A DNA stretch of 64,000 nt, from NCBI GenBank assembly GCA_965235115.1, contig OZ249436.1, positions 41,170,001-41,234,000 of the forward strand, read 5' to 3'. Under the pieces are notes generated by a model. It was not told the origin of the DNA and searched no databases. It saw nothing but the letters and a program-made list of their open reading frames with translations. The stretch comes from Laetmonice hystrix (Eukaryota). The translations under genes were made by a program, and so were the position numbers. Positions 20,275 to 34,491 of this stretch are shown here, one piece after another. Numbering within the stretch: position 1 is the first letter of the stretch; every line of letters starts with the position of its first letter.

Positions 20275-23200
20275 GTTCAATATGTAATTTTCTTACCCCC
20301 CCCCCCCGCCCCTCCTTGGGGGTTGCTGTCAGGGGGGTAGCCGCATCTAAAATTGCTGTCATTGGTCATTTTGTATTCAAACACACAACAAACATTTCTA
20401 GACTATTTCCATCCTTGCCCTCGTTCACAGGAATATATAGACTTCTATATGTAATTTTCTTTCCCCCCCCCCCCCCGTCCCCCTTGGGGGTTGCTGTCAG
20501 GGGGGTAGCCGCATCTAAAATTGCTGTCATTGGTCATTTTGTATTCAAACACACAACAAACATTTCTAGACTATTTCCATCCTTGCCCTCGTTCACATGA
20601 ATATATAGACTTCTATATGTAATTTTCTTTCCCCCCCCCGTCCCCCTTGGGGGTTGCTGTCAGGGGGGTAGCCGCATCTAAAATTGCTGTCATTGGTCAT
20701 TTTGTATTCAAACACACCCAACAAACATTTCTAGACTATTTCCATCCTTGCCCTCGTTCACATGAATATATGTAATTTTCTTACACCCCCCCCCCCGCCC
20801 CCCTTGGGGGTTGCTGTCAGGAGGGTAGCCGCATCTAAAATTGCTGTCATTGGTCATTTTGTATTCAAACACACCCAACAAACATTTCTAGACTATTTCC
20901 ATCCTTGCCCTCGTTCACATGAATATATATGTAATTTTCTTACCCCCCCCCCCTTGGGGGTTGCTGTCAGGGGGGTAGCCGCATCTAAAATTGCTGTCAT
21001 TGGTCATTTTGTATTCAGGGACACTCAAAGAACATTTCTAGACTAGTTTCAGCCTTGCCCTCGTTCACATAAATAAATGTTATTTCCGTCCAACTCCTAG
21101 TGTCGGGGGGGGGGGGGTACTTTGAACGTTGCTGTCGGGGGTAAAGCCGCTCTCAAAATTGCTGTCATTGGTCATTTGGTATTCAGAGACACTCACCAAA
21201 CATTTCTAGACTAGTTTCAGCCTTGCCCTCGTTCACATGAATAAATGTAATTTTTTACCCCCCCTTTGGGGGTTGCTGTCGGGGGGGTAGCCGCATCTAA
21301 AATTGCTGTCAATGGCCATTTTATAATCAGTGAGGCCCAACTAAAGATTTGAAACTGTTTTCAGCTTTGCCCTCGTTCACATGAATAAATGTCATTTTTT
21401 GCACCCTTTTTTGGGTGTTTTGGGGGTCAAAGCCGCTTTTTTTTGCCGGCAGCAATCCATTTCTTAGATATGAGAGAATGAATCTATACATCCCAGAAGT
21501 CAAACCTTTTGCCCTCGTTTACATGAATAAACCTTCTGGGCTCCCGCTCTATCAGACCTCATGTTACTGGGTCAAGAGACATATTTCTGTCTGTTGATGG
21601 CCAGCTGCCAGTTCTGTGCCGTTCTGCACTAGCATTCAGAACCGAGCATGGAAAGGAGGGCACGTGATGCTGGAATTTACATTCATATGTTACATTCCTG
21701 AAACGTCTAGGAAGCAGCAGGGTCCGAATGTTCGGTGTCACATCTCAGTATGCCGAGTAAAAACTGTGATGCATTCCTATGTACAGGTCTTTGTGTTGCT
21801 AAAAAATGTGAGGCACATAAAACCCCCTTCTGCACAGTCATTCAAAGCCTTTTATATACAATGCATCAAGTTATTAAGTGTCAAAAGAGAACTGGGGTAC
21901 TGTTATACAAATTACAACTATTCTGTACTATTGGTATACAAAATTGCATGGTTTTGTGTAGCAAGCAATTGCTTTAAAATATTTTGGACCCTGACCAGTA
22001 ATCATAATGTAACATTTCTGTGAACCATGACAGTATTGACATAAATCAGGTACCATGACATGGAGCTCTAATACTTGTAGATTAAGGTTAGAAATATTTT
22101 ATTTAGGATAACACAAGAATCCTCTACAAAAACCAAAGAAAATTGGGGATTTGAAGTAGTAAGTACTATTGGAACAAGTGTTCACTTATTTGTTTGGTAG
22201 CCCACAGTAGTTGAGAACTGTCCACGGTGACCTACATAAAGATGAACAGCAGAGAGTTAAGTGGAACCTGTCTATATAATAAAATCAGCTTGGACCAGCA
22301 AATTTTGTAATATGCACTTGCCGCAATTAACAACAGATTACATTGTTTATCAATTAAACCAATATATACATACGTACATGAATGAAACTCGATCTCTATC
22401 ATGGGATAAAAACATCAGTTATACATGTATTACCTTTAATTTCAACCAGAGAATTTATTTTGTTGTCGGCATCACAGATGTTGCCATAGGCCTCAAGTGG
22501 TTGGTCAGTTGTTCTGATGTTAGGGTTATATGCTGAACATTCTAAAAGCCATCCATCATTGTAGGGGTTGGCTGCATGGCACGCTACCAGGCACCAACGC
22601 TCTGTCCAATCTCTTGGCGGCCTGGACCCTGCTTTATGCCACATACTGTGATTTCTACAGAGCAGCATTTTGTGCCCAATGAAATCAGGAAGTACTGCAG
22701 GGCGGCTGCAACAATATCTGCCAACATGAATGTTTGAAATGTCTTTTGAAATGTCCATGAACATACGTGTATAATGTATGATACCCTCATGCCTGTGACA
22801 AAGGGCTCTGTGCATACAAATCATTTTTGATATAGTATTGCCACTTAGAAAAAGGCCCCAAATATGTATGTACATATTTACATAGAGATCTATAGGCCTG
22901 TCGTTCTGTTCGGTCTCAATGGCCCAGGTTTTGTCCATACATGATCATGGCTTTAGCCAGATTAGTTTTACACTTGAAGGTGCGCATTACTCCGTTGATG
23001 TACGTTCGCTAACAATAGTCCCGTCGACCCATTAGGCAGGACAAGAATAATTTGGACTGTCCTGAGTATGATTATGATGGGCCGCCCCTGGAGCGATGTT
23101 ATAATGTAAGGGAATATATCAATAGTTAAACGTGGCCTGCCGTGCTTGCAGTGATCTGAAAGGAAGGGTGGAATGGATGGCTCACGCTGTGCTGCGGCGG

Positions 23201-26200
23201 GTGGACACTAACATCAGGCCATCCCCTGGGCTTGACCCTCCCCCACCCCTCCCCCGCGCCCATTGTCCCCCAAGGAACCTGCACAGTCAGGCTCATCCTC
23301 AACAGTATATGAGTAATCTGTGATCATTCTTTCATCCCGTGGACGGTTTGTGCCGCAGCGCTGGTATAGCCAGAACTTCTCCCGAAATGGAGCTGAATTA
23401 TACCGGGCCTGAAATGGTGTATGTTGAGGCGGTCTGGTGGTGGATAATCCTTGTATGGCAGTGTCTAGACTGTAGGCGGGGGATGCCGTGATTTGTAGGC
23501 TGGATGCACCTGGTGGTTATACTTGTAGGTCATAAAATCATCCATTTGTTAACCTGCAAGGACACGATGCACCAACTAATTGCCTTCAAAACGTGATTTT
23601 CAATTCATGATATTTAATGGCAAGTATTATAAAATAGAATGTTTATGGGTATTGTAAGGGCATCTTCTTTATCCATGAATATTTACGTTTTAGACATGTA
23701 AGAAGAGAAGTCAGGGGAAAACTTTTATTTCAACGGTCATGTTTGATTATAATCTGCACCATTCAGTGATATATCTTGTTCCTTATTTCGCAAAGACTTG
23801 CTATTCCTGATTGTCCGTTTTGAGCTCTCCGGACGCTGGACCCGCACCAATTATCTGTCAAAGTCTTTATCCTCTAATCTAGATGTTGGCAGTGCGAGGT
23901 ACGGCCGTGGGTTGGGTAGTTGATATAATGCCCTGTTCTCTGTCATCATGCATTGTTTATGTCTCAGTGCCTGTTGCTAGCAATAATTCGTTCACTTTCC
24001 CAGTAATACCAGTTGACCCATGGTGATTTCTTCGTCTCTTTGTGTGAAGCTCTGATGAAGGCTACGAGATGAGGCTAACCACTTTTTGCACTGAGGCCAC
24101 TGCTATCAGAGCCGGGCCTCATATCGCATTACGATGGAGCTCAGGCTTTCTCCACGCTTTGTGGTTTGATCACCACTTCTCGTGCTGGTGAACAGTTGTT
24201 TAAATGGCCGGGTGTATTTTATTATGGCACAAGCTGAGTGGAAGTGATACCATGAAAAACGTGTGGGGATGATATTCATGGGACGGAGTTTGTCATCCCG
24301 TGAGGAATCGATTCATGAAGTAACCGAGGAACAGTTGAGTAGTTCAGCGTGTAATTGAGGATGAACACCAAGGACATGGACCCATTGATTGGATATGAAT
24401 TGGTGCGATAAACTGAAAATTAATATGTTGTGTAGGCCTACATAATGTCACAAAGTATTGATGTCACAATAAATGGGTAGTATATATTTAATTCAGAAAG
24501 GAATGTTAACAAATTGAGGACATTATATTTGGTCAGTTTGGAGTTGCTTATGCCTCGGTAAATTCACTAAATTGCTTCTTGATTTTTTTCTATCGACATC
24601 AGTTTATGGTCAAAGCTATGCATGGATCTCATTTATTGATGACCAGAAACCAGTTCTGGCATGCTCTTTAGGCTGAAATCCAAATGTTCATGGTCAAATA
24701 CAGATTATTACTGACGGCGATCCGCAGGGGAGTAGCAGACTGTATGAGGATGGTTCAGATCGTATCTGCTATGTGTTGACTGTTCTATCTCAGGTTGATC
24801 GGATTTGTTTCTTGTTTCACGGGATATTAATGAGTGATCAAAACTGCTCTGTCCTTGGAAAGAGGACAAGCTTCATTTGCTTTAAATCGGTAGCTTTACG
24901 TCTGCTAGTATTCAGCGCGGTGGATGAGCTCGTACGTCTTCAAACATAAGTAGACGGTGAGTCACCTGCAGGGCTCTCCTCGGCTTTCTCTGCTGCAGGC
25001 TTCTGACTGATGGGGGACCTTGATCCTGTGGACCCACCCTCCCTCCTTCCACCCCCTCTCAACGACAACCACCCCACCCCTTCCCAACAACCCCAACCCC
25101 ATGGCAACCTACACACCCACCGTTTTGTTGTGGAGTGTAGTAAATGGATGTACAAGGCAGAAGTCATAATGGGCAGTGATATCGTTTCAAATTAGATCAC
25201 CTCATGCATTGCACTAGACTCGACTGTCCAGCTCTATCGCGTTTTGAAAGCTACATTTGTGTCTGGAAAAAATCGGAATATAAACAACGAACGACATAGC
25301 AGCCAACATATAGTTACAGAAAGTATTTGGTCTGATAGTGGAGCAGAATGAAAACGAAACGTTGTCTCGTATACTTAGATCCAATTTGGCAAATGTTTAT
25401 AAACACGGCCAGTGCAGTATAGATAGTGTTCCAGGTGCTGGCTTTGTCTACAGTCCCACTTTTGAATTAACCGTTTTCCTAATATGTGGGGACTGTCGAA
25501 CAAAATACTTTGTATTTATAACTGTTGGGATATATTGTTTGCACTCGTTTTTAAGTTAATCCAGAAGGTTGTTTCAAACCAAATGTAAAGTCAAGGCCTG
25601 CTGGCTCGGCAATTGTCGAGAGTTATCGATTCTTGAATTATTGAAGTTGTGCTGCTCCACCAATTTACTCCTGTACATTTGAGAGCTAGAGATATAGGCC
25701 TAGATAGCATTGTTTGGATAGGGTGACGTCTGGAAGAAATCCTGAGTTCACCCCCACCCCTCTCCCACCTTTAGCCTTTTGTTGTGCAGCCGGAAGCCGA
25801 GAAGCAGCTGTGGCACAGTCTTACCCTAGGTCTAAATATAGGATCAAAGTCTCAGCAGTAGACCTCTCAAACATTCCTCATTGATCACTACGAATATACA
25901 AATCCATCTAGAGTCTATTAGAACTGACTGATCCAGTGAGTACCATTATCTCAGAGGTTCTTTCAGTGTGCAGGGCAGGGACCTGCCTCCGTCCAAGGAG
26001 AAGTTGTCGGCTGTACAGTCTGCGGTGTGATAGGTTATGACCTATTCTGTGTGGTTCACCTGACGGGTAAAGCCCCTCAGGTGAAAGAGCATGCACTTAA
26101 CAGTCAGGTGTTGGTATATATTAGCGACTTTGTACTATATAATGTACGTGTCTGGAAGCTCTGGAGAAGGGATCCCCAATCATCTATAGATCTATACATG

Positions 26201-26322
26201 TGGGACAAGTTAGTGGGAAGCTTGAGGCTTACGTCTCAGATGTAGCAGGTTGGCGTGTGTATGTGGCTTATGTTGATAGGTTTCCATGGAAGATTGGATG
26301 AGACGGTAGCAGTATGGGACTT

Positions 26323-28264
26323 GCCCCCTCTCCACTAAGCCGATATCTGAAGCGATAACAGGGGCGAAAAAGTTCGCGTCTAGATCGCCTTAGTGGAGAT
26401 GGTTCTCGGTTGAGGTTCGCCCGGTCGCCTGAAGATCGGTTGAAGATCGCTTCGCCAACCGATAACATTAAACTGCAAAACCCGTCTCCACTAAGCCGAA
26501 ATCTGAAGCGATAACAGGAGCGAAAAAGTTCGCTTCTAGATCGCCGGCATGAGCCGAACTTCGCCTTAGTGGAGATGGTTCTCGGTTGAGCATCGCCCGG
26601 TCGCCTGAAGGTCGGTTCACGATCGCTCCGCCAACCGATAACATTAAACTTGTTTAATGTTCTCGGTTCTGAATCGGCTGATCGGCGCGTTCGCTTCAGT
26701 TTCCACTAGGCCTAGTCTTCTCAGCTAAGTGGTGTGTGCAAGGACCTGTAGGTGTCGCTAAAAGTATGTCACGTGACTCTTTCTTTTATCCACATTTCTT
26801 GATATCATTTCGATTTCGCGCCGAAAAATACTGAATTTTGTTGGACCATTCATATAATCATGGAATGTGGATTGGCGCCAGATCTGGACCCCCCCCCCCC
26901 CCATCACTGGCTCTCCCCCCCCCCCCCCCCCCCATCACTGGCTCTTCCCTCCCCGCCAACATCGACGAAGATAAATTAGATTTTAGATTTTAAAGAAATT
27001 TTACTCATAAATACTTTGATCCAATTCATGGGGCCATGCAAAATTTTATTTCTGTACTCCAAATAGTTTTCGAGATATGGCTTTTTAAATTGTTCACCCC
27101 TTGGACCCTTTCCAGACCTAAGTTTCGCTTATTTTTGTGCCGATTTTAAGGACCTATAACAGCACAATTATAAGAGTGAGTATTCCCATATTTTATTAAC
27201 TTACTGTCCTTGGTAGGTTTATGCAAAATACAAGACAACAGGTTCATCCTGGGAATATTGTTTCTGTACGAGTGGTGCCAAAATGGCGTTTTGGCCAATT
27301 TTTACATAAAATATTTAGCTGTGCAACAGGGTTTTTCCCATTTGAAAAGGCATATTTTCTTTAATTCTTTATAGATCTTCACACAACTTTCAGGGAATGC
27401 TTACAGGCCATATTCCTATATAATCATAGTCCAAAATGGTTCATTTATGCTAAAAATTCCTAGTTCTTTGACGTTAAGCATAGTGATATCCGACTTTTTG
27501 GAGGAGATGGATATTTATGAAAGTTTAAAGTGCTCTAAAAAAGTTAGTTTTCAATATTTTTATTTCAAATTTGGCACATGGATAGTCTATGGGGAGTTCT
27601 TTTAAGAAAATATATTACAAGTTTCGAACTTGGATTAGATTTTTAATGAAGTCCTATCAAAAATGGCAAAAAAATGAAAAATATGGTATCAGGCCCCACA
27701 TATGAAAAATTGTCACACAAAAGAGATTGAGAGCACAGTCTCCAATCTTTTTTTAAATAATAAGGACATACATATGTACAGTTGACAAAAAAAATGAGTA
27801 ATGTGCTAGCTTTCCTTCCAGTCTTTAATGTATCATGAATACAGCAATTTTTTTGACATTCGCAGGTGGGTCATTCCATGTTGAACCAATGGCAAAAAAG
27901 TTGATGTCTCCGAATTTCTTGAAATTGTAACCACATATTTGACATCCATATTTGGCCACCTCTGCAAAATTGCAGCTGGGTAACCCCAGAGTAGTTCCCA
28001 GGGGACGCGGCTATTGGGTACACCGATAACGATAAACGATAATGTTTGCAGCGGGCAGTGGAGACGCCTTTCGGTTCAGTATCGTTCGTTCGCTTCACCA
28101 AGCGATTTCTATCTTTCCGATTTATCGGATGATCGCCTTAGTGGAGCAGGCAGTGGAGACGCCTTTCGGTTCAATATCGTTCGTTCGCTTTACCCAAGCG
28201 ATTTCCATCCGATGACAGCAAAGATCGGCTTGTCGCTTTATCGGATGATCGCCTTAGTGGAGAG
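26323..28264. mobile_element. Composite PIF/Harbinger-like element with duplicated ends and an AT-rich internal transposon fragment
   Basis: CTCTCCACTAAG...CTTAGTGGAGAG inverted ends. The left block is duplicated (26329-26474 / 26485-26650) and so is the right block (~28056-28145 / 28150-28263). An unrelated AT-rich segment occupies ~26980-28000. Confidence 0.6.
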
Positions 28265-30015
28265 CCTAGTCTGGAGATTTGCTTGAAGCATTTGGCATGA
28301 GGATGGGAAGCGATGTTTGAATTCGTACTGAGAAAGGATTTTGTGATTTAGGTTAGCACTGGAGAACGGGCACTGTAGCCAGGGCAGGGAAATCCTAGGT
28401 TGGCATTCCTGTACTAAAAAAGTGATCAGTGTAGCATTGTATGATTGTTTTTTATTTGCTATACTGTCATGCTCATGCTTAGTGTTTTTGGCAGTCAGCA
28501 GTTTGGTGCTTGCTGCATGCACAGCAGAAGTGCCTTTAGGCTGATGTCAGCGCCAAATTGGTCGCCACCAGCAACGTTTAGAGTGCATTGTGGTATTTAA
28601 ATTCTGGACGTATCGTCCCGTTTTGAAATTTGACCTTTCTTTGGGTGACCTTTTGGCCTAGGTAATCAATTAAATGTAACTTAGGGGGTGGATGGTAGAA
28701 AGATCGACTGTTAATAATTAAGTCTGTGAAGTGCTCGTTACTAAAATTGAACTTGAAGCCTCCTCTGTGAAGTCCAAATTTGAGTCAGAGCAATGACCTA
28801 TAATAGTTGAATGAATGGTGAAGGCCCCTGAATACAGTGCTAACAGTAACATCTCCTGTTTTCATCTAACTGACTGTGTACATGGTTCCTAATCAAGGCT
28901 GGTTGTCGTAGTGTAAAAGATAGAAAAAAATGCATATAGTTTACAGACTGAACCAATGATGTAAGGTGCAGAGTAATAAAAGTCCTACTCAATCAGTGAA
29001 AAAGGGGAGTCTGTCTTGAGACATTACCAGTATTCTTTTAGATAAATATTACGTTATCTGTGCCGTATCTAAACAGCTGCCTTGAATCTGTAGTACTACC
29101 AGTCTGTTTAGTAGCATAGGGCAGTTTTCAAATTTAGGAGGAGGGATGGGGAGTGAAATTCTGACTCGAATACAGAAAGCCATCAAGTGGTTTTACAGAT
29201 GAGGACAGACAAGCTGTCTGGAATCTGATGGATGTGGGACGGGTAGAGAATCGATCGTTTACGCCAGCTTCATTTATAACAGAAGAATCGCTCTAAGAAG
29301 ACGAAAGCAAACAGATTACCTGTCGTGTTCCGTACTCTATCGTTTACCGGGGTATATCAGTATGGAAATGGATTAGATCGTACGCGATCGTTTAAATCAG
29401 TACGGAAATGGATTTAACTTTCTAAGGATCGCAGCAACAAAAGATATCTGTCAGTGACGGGTTGTGGTCACAGCCAGGATGGGGAGGTGTCGTATAGTTA
29501 AATATCACAGCTTTTTCCAAACCTTTTGTCCTCCTCATGTGCAATCGCGTTGACTTCGTTTCATTTCAAGATTAAATGAGGAAAACGGTTTCTTTGTAGC
29601 ACTGAGGTGTATTTGATGTATGTTCCCTCAATGTTATTGAGATCATAGTGGGTTGAGATTGAGTCCGAGATCTATCTCTGATTGAGTCTCCGCTGGTGGA
29701 GAGCCGTGGAACGAGGAATCACGTAGCAGTAACAGCAAATAAACGAGGTGGTCCACAGCGAGCCAGCAACAATTGATTACTGGGGTTGCTTGGAACTGTC
29801 AGGACATAGTCTAGGGTACGGAGGAGGGGTTATAATACAGTCCTACAGACGACTCGGGGCTACAATAATGTGTTTCTTGGAACGGTCTGTTTTGCCTGTC
29901 TCTCTGTCTGTTTTGTCTGTCTGTCTGTGTTGTGAACCATCCAAAGAGAATCCCAGTAGAATTGTTTGGCAGGCAGATGTTCACGGGAACAACGTATTAA
30001 CATAAATCTAAAGCT

Positions 30016-30552
30016 TTCTTGTCCCTATGGTCCTAGTTGGAGTTACAGGAAAGAGACATTGGACCCCATAAATCGGTTCCTTGTCCCCATGGTCCCAGTT
30101 GGAGTTACAGGAGAGAGACATTGGACCCCATAATTCGGTTCCTTGTCCCCATGGTCCTAGTTGGAGTTACAGGAGAGAGACATTGGACCCAATAGATCGG
30201 TTTCTTGTCCCCATGGTCCTAGTTGGAGTTACAGGAGACAGACATTGGACCCCATAAATCGGTTCCTTGTCCCCATGGTCCTAGTTGGAGTTACAGGAGA
30301 CAGACATTGGACCCCATAGATCGGTTCCTTGTCTCCATGGTCCTAGTTGGAGTTACAGGAGACAGATATTGAACCCCATAGATCGGTTCCTTGTCCCCAT
30401 GGTCCTAGTTGGAGTTACAGGAGACAGACATTGAACCCCATAAATCGGTTTCTTGTCCCCATGGTCCTAGTTGGAGTTACAGGAGACAGGCATTGGACCC
30501 CATAAATCGGTTCCTTGTCCCCATGGTCCTAGTTGGAGTTACAGGAGACAGA
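30016..30552. repeat. 62-bp minisatellite, ~8.6 copies
   Basis: TTCCTTGTCCCCATGGTCCTAGTTGGAGTTACAGGAGACAGACATTGGACCCCATAAATCGG; TTGTCCC recurs at 30019, 30081, 30143, 30205...30515. Confidence 0.97.
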
Positions 30553-32816
30553 AAGCACCAGTATTTAAGTGAAGATTACAGAATGTATGTAGGGGCTATA
30601 GAAACTTATTACAGTTAAAGACATTTTTAATATCTATGCCAAGCTTAGCAGTCATGTTTATTGATCTGGTACAGTGACGTTATATTTCATTATTTAGTCT
30701 AGAAGTCGCCCGATTGCATAGAGAAACGAAATACGTTGTACACATAATGTATTTCCACATTTTAACAATGCAAGCGTTGTTTAGCAAATTGTCGATGTTT
30801 ACCTTCGCTAATTTGCATCGAATTAGATGTGGTAAGATTGATTTTCTTCCCCAAAGTGCTTGCGGCCTCTTTAAAACGAAACGTAATATGCAAGTGTATT
30901 AATTAACATAAAAGCCTACGTATAAAATACATCCGTTCCGTTGACGAAGATTGTTACCCAGACAGTGAGATTCACTGTCTCTAGGGGCGTGTCGTATCCT
31001 CCATACAGGCACCATCGTCAACTCTCCTGCTGCACCGTCTTTGTAGCCAGACAAAGGCCGTAGCTGGAGACATGTTGAAGCCTGCAAAAGTGACGAAAAA
31101 AAACTTTGGCGTCCGATCACATGGTTTTGCATGACAGTAAAGTAAAAACAGTTCTGACAGTTAAAAGCGAATCCATGTTAATTAATGTGGAGACCCTTTG
31201 AAGGTTGATTGGAGAGTCAGATAGCCCCGTACTATGGAAGGAAATTACTCATCATCTAATGTCGAAAATAATATTATATTTAAGCAGACAGCTGCGCCTA
31301 TCGGTTTCGTATCCTTAACCGTTGACTACGTTATTTCATGGTTTTGAGAATCAGTTTCTTCAAGGTGTAGTGTTATACGGATGTGTATATACCAGGTATG
31401 ATACGTAGTAGGGGTACTATACAAATACATATATATAATATATTAGGTCAGGCTTATTAGTCGAGACTTAAAGACGTACACGTGTGGAGCAAAATGCGAT
31501 ATCAGACCAAGCAATTTGCCCAAATCAGGAGTTATTTTGGCCGAATTTTTTTATCACCAATTATGTTTTTCGTCACATCTTTGACATGTCATATCTATAG
31601 TGTGCTTTGGCAGGGGGATTTGTTACTCTAGATACGATGATACGTAATTTAAAGTCAGTAATAAATATACATTTGTACTTGTTCAAAGAAGGGTCAATCT
31701 ACCGTGCAACATTTACGTGTTACCGTATAATACGGTATAATGTGGCGGACCAGACCGAGCACGAGAAGGCTTCTTCTATCCGGATATAACGAAGTGTCAA
31801 TAACCATGAATTTCAATCAGGCAGGGTTTTTAATAATCTGTTCTAATATACAATGGTACCATATCGTTACTTGTGGTAGTTCGTGGTATATGTCCCGTGA
31901 TACCTTTTACAACAAAGAAACGCCAAAGTTCAAAGGTTTTCAGCAGAGATGAGTCATGATTAGTGAAAATCAGTTGTCTTCTACATCGTACAGTCCATGT
32001 AGGAACAGCGTGATGAGTAGTTTTGTTTGAGAATCCTGTAAACATGAACCGGGGAGGGGTATATCTTGTCATATGTAATGGAACACCACAAATAATGATG
32101 CCAGAGTTGCTGGATCATCGAGAACGAGTATTTCTGACAGTGTCGCCAATAAAGCGACACTTTGTAGGCGTAGTGTCCACGTTGTTGTCTACAGTATAAA
32201 CACGGTTGTCGGTCTCGAGCAGTTCGTATCAATCCTAGATTGGCCGTTTGCTAGCTGCCACGACTGCCACGTGCATGTACTGCGTTATCAATAGTTTCAT
32301 GCATACTCATCAAACTGGAACGGACAGCCAGACATCGCCAGGCAACCAAGTAGCAGGCCATGAATAACAACAACAATACCAACGACAGAAAGTGTGCTTT
32401 TGAATACGAAATGGGTCAATTCGGATGTCTGGGGTGGTTTAAAGGTGGCAATGATGCTGTCCCATGGGATGGAAGGTTCAAGGCCGGTTGGGAGTTGAAC
32501 CGACTTGGTTAGACCACAGTACTGGTGGTGTTGTAGACTTTTGTTCCACAATTATGGGCCAGAACTTGTTACTTAAAAAGAAAAGAATAGTACCGGTACA
32601 GCATTCGCATCATTAGCAGACCGATGTTGTAAGGTGTCTCTCGCATACGGAAAATCTGGGACTCTAGCTAATCTGATATTATTGCATATGAACACGCATG
32701 GAATTGGTTTGCACCAGGATAAGATTAGTATGTGTGTGAGGTTTCGATTGACAAACAGTGTGAAGGTGAAGGGATAGCTGAGTGGACGTTACATCTGTGT
32801 CCTGACATGAGATACA

Positions 32817-33834
32817 GTCAGTGGAGGCAGGCCGTGTTGAAGACGCCTTGTCCTTTCCATCTGCCCCGGGTCAATGGAGGCATGCCGTGTTGAAGAAGCC
32901 TTGTCCTTTCCATCTGCCCCGGTCAGTGGAGGCATGCCGTGTTGAAGACACCTTGTCCTTTCCATCTGCCCCGGTCAGTGGAGGCATGCCGTGTTGATGA
33001 CGCCTTGTCCTTTCCATCTGCCCCGGTCAGTGGAGGCAGGCCGTGTTGAAGACGCCTTGTCCTTTCCATCTGCCCCGGTCAGTGGAGGCAGGCCGTGTTG
33101 AAGACGCCTTGTCCTTTCCATCTGCCCCGGTCAGTGGAGGCATGCCGTGTTGAAGACGCCTTGTTCTTTCCATCTGCCCCGGTCAGTGGAGGCATGCCGT
33201 GTTGATGACGCCTTGTCCTTTCCATCTGCCCCGGTCAGTGGAGGCAGGCCGTGTTGAAGACGCCTTGTCCTTTCCATCTGCCCCGGTCAGTGGAGGCAGG
33301 CCGTGTTGAGGACGCCTTGTCCTTTCCATCTGCCCCGGTCAGTGGAGGCATGCCGTGTTGAAGACGCCTTGTCCTTTCCATCTGCCCCGGTCAGTGGAGG
33401 CATGCCGTGTTGAAGACGCCTTGTCCTTTCCATCTGCCCTGGTCAGTGGAGGCGTGCCGTGTTGAAGACGCCTTGTCCTTTCCATCTGCCCTGGTCAGTG
33501 GAGGCGTGCCGTGTTGAAGACGCCTTGTCCTTTCCATCTGCCCCGGTCAGTGGAGGCATGCCGTGTTGAAGACATCTTGTCCTTTCCATCTTCCCCGGTC
33601 AGTGGAGGCGTGCCGTGTCGAAGGCACCTTGTCCTTTCCATCTGCCCCAGTCAGTGGAGGCATGCCGTGTTGAAGACATCTTGTCCTTTCTATCTGCCCC
33701 GGTCAGTGGAGGCATGCCGTGTTGAAGACATCTTGTCCTTTCTATCTGCCCCGGTCAGTGGAGGCATGCCGTGTTGAAGACATCTTGTCCTTTCCATCTG
33801 CCCCGGTCAGTGGAGGCATGCCATGTTGCAGACG
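32817..33834. repeat. 52-bp minisatellite, ~19.5 copies
   Basis: GTCAGTGGAGGCATGCCGTGTTGAAGACGCCTTGTCCTTTCCATCTGCCCCG; period 52, highly homogeneous. Confidence 0.97.
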
Positions 33835-34332
33835 CAGTGTCCATGCCAGCTCAGTAAGACGGGCCTGAGGGAAAGACATGGTATTTTAATTTACTGATTT
33901 CCACAAATTCAAAAGTATGGATTTCCCGCTGCTTTCCACTTTCGGAAGCGTAACCCGTAAATATGTTACAGCCTTGGTTATTTTGGTACCGTACCCTGAA
34001 GCTCAGCTGAATCCCACCAGGCGCTGTTTAATGGGGGTCGTAGCGTAGCTTCCCACAACCGGTCTTTTCATGTGTTTTTTGTGGTGCCTAGAAGTCATGT
34101 CGACCTTGGGGGTGCAGGCACGGTCACACATAGAACTCTCAGAGCCTTTAAACCTCAATTATACCTTCGTCCAAGACGTACCCTTGCTGCTCGGAATGTT
34201 CCAAACTTCAGGATGACGCTGGTAAAGACGGTCTGACCTAAACTCCTGCCCATGCAGGGGTTGAATCCCATTCGTCACAGAGTTAGCTACTTATTGACAA
34301 GATGGCCAAAGTGTGACATGCTAAATCACCAG

Positions 34333-34491
34333 GCCCTGGTTTTTAGTTTGCAAACTGAGTCTTAAGATTCAGATCTTAAGACTGAACTCTTATGTCCTTC
34401 AAAGGAAGCCAGCCAATGAGAGCTATTAACACAAGTCAGTCTTAGAATTCCAGGCTTAAGATTGGTAAAATGACGAACTAAAAACCGGGCC
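34333..34491. mobile_element. PIF/Harbinger-like MITE
   Basis: TIR GCCCTGGTTTTTAGTT...AACTAAAAACCGGGCC (14/16), with CAG on both sides (34330-34332, 34492-34494). Confidence 0.7.

Larger units (their letters stand above)
17098..21551. mobile_element. Giant non-autonomous foldback DNA transposon B (Academ-like)
   Basis: Termini TAGACCGGGAGCCCAGAAGG...CCTTCTGGGCTCCCGCTCTA; 3-bp TSD TCA (17095-17097, 21552-21554). Mirror arms of ~140-175-bp units surround a unique ~1-kb core (~18510-19550). Confidence 0.9.

Noticed and set aside
22399..22938. 179-aa minus-strand ORF
   Set aside because: No recognisable motif or splice context; composition looks like random non-coding sequence.
24050..24090. 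CTGATGA hammerhead-ribozyme-like core (also ~7594 and ~61263)
   Set aside because: No correctly placed GAAA or supporting stems.
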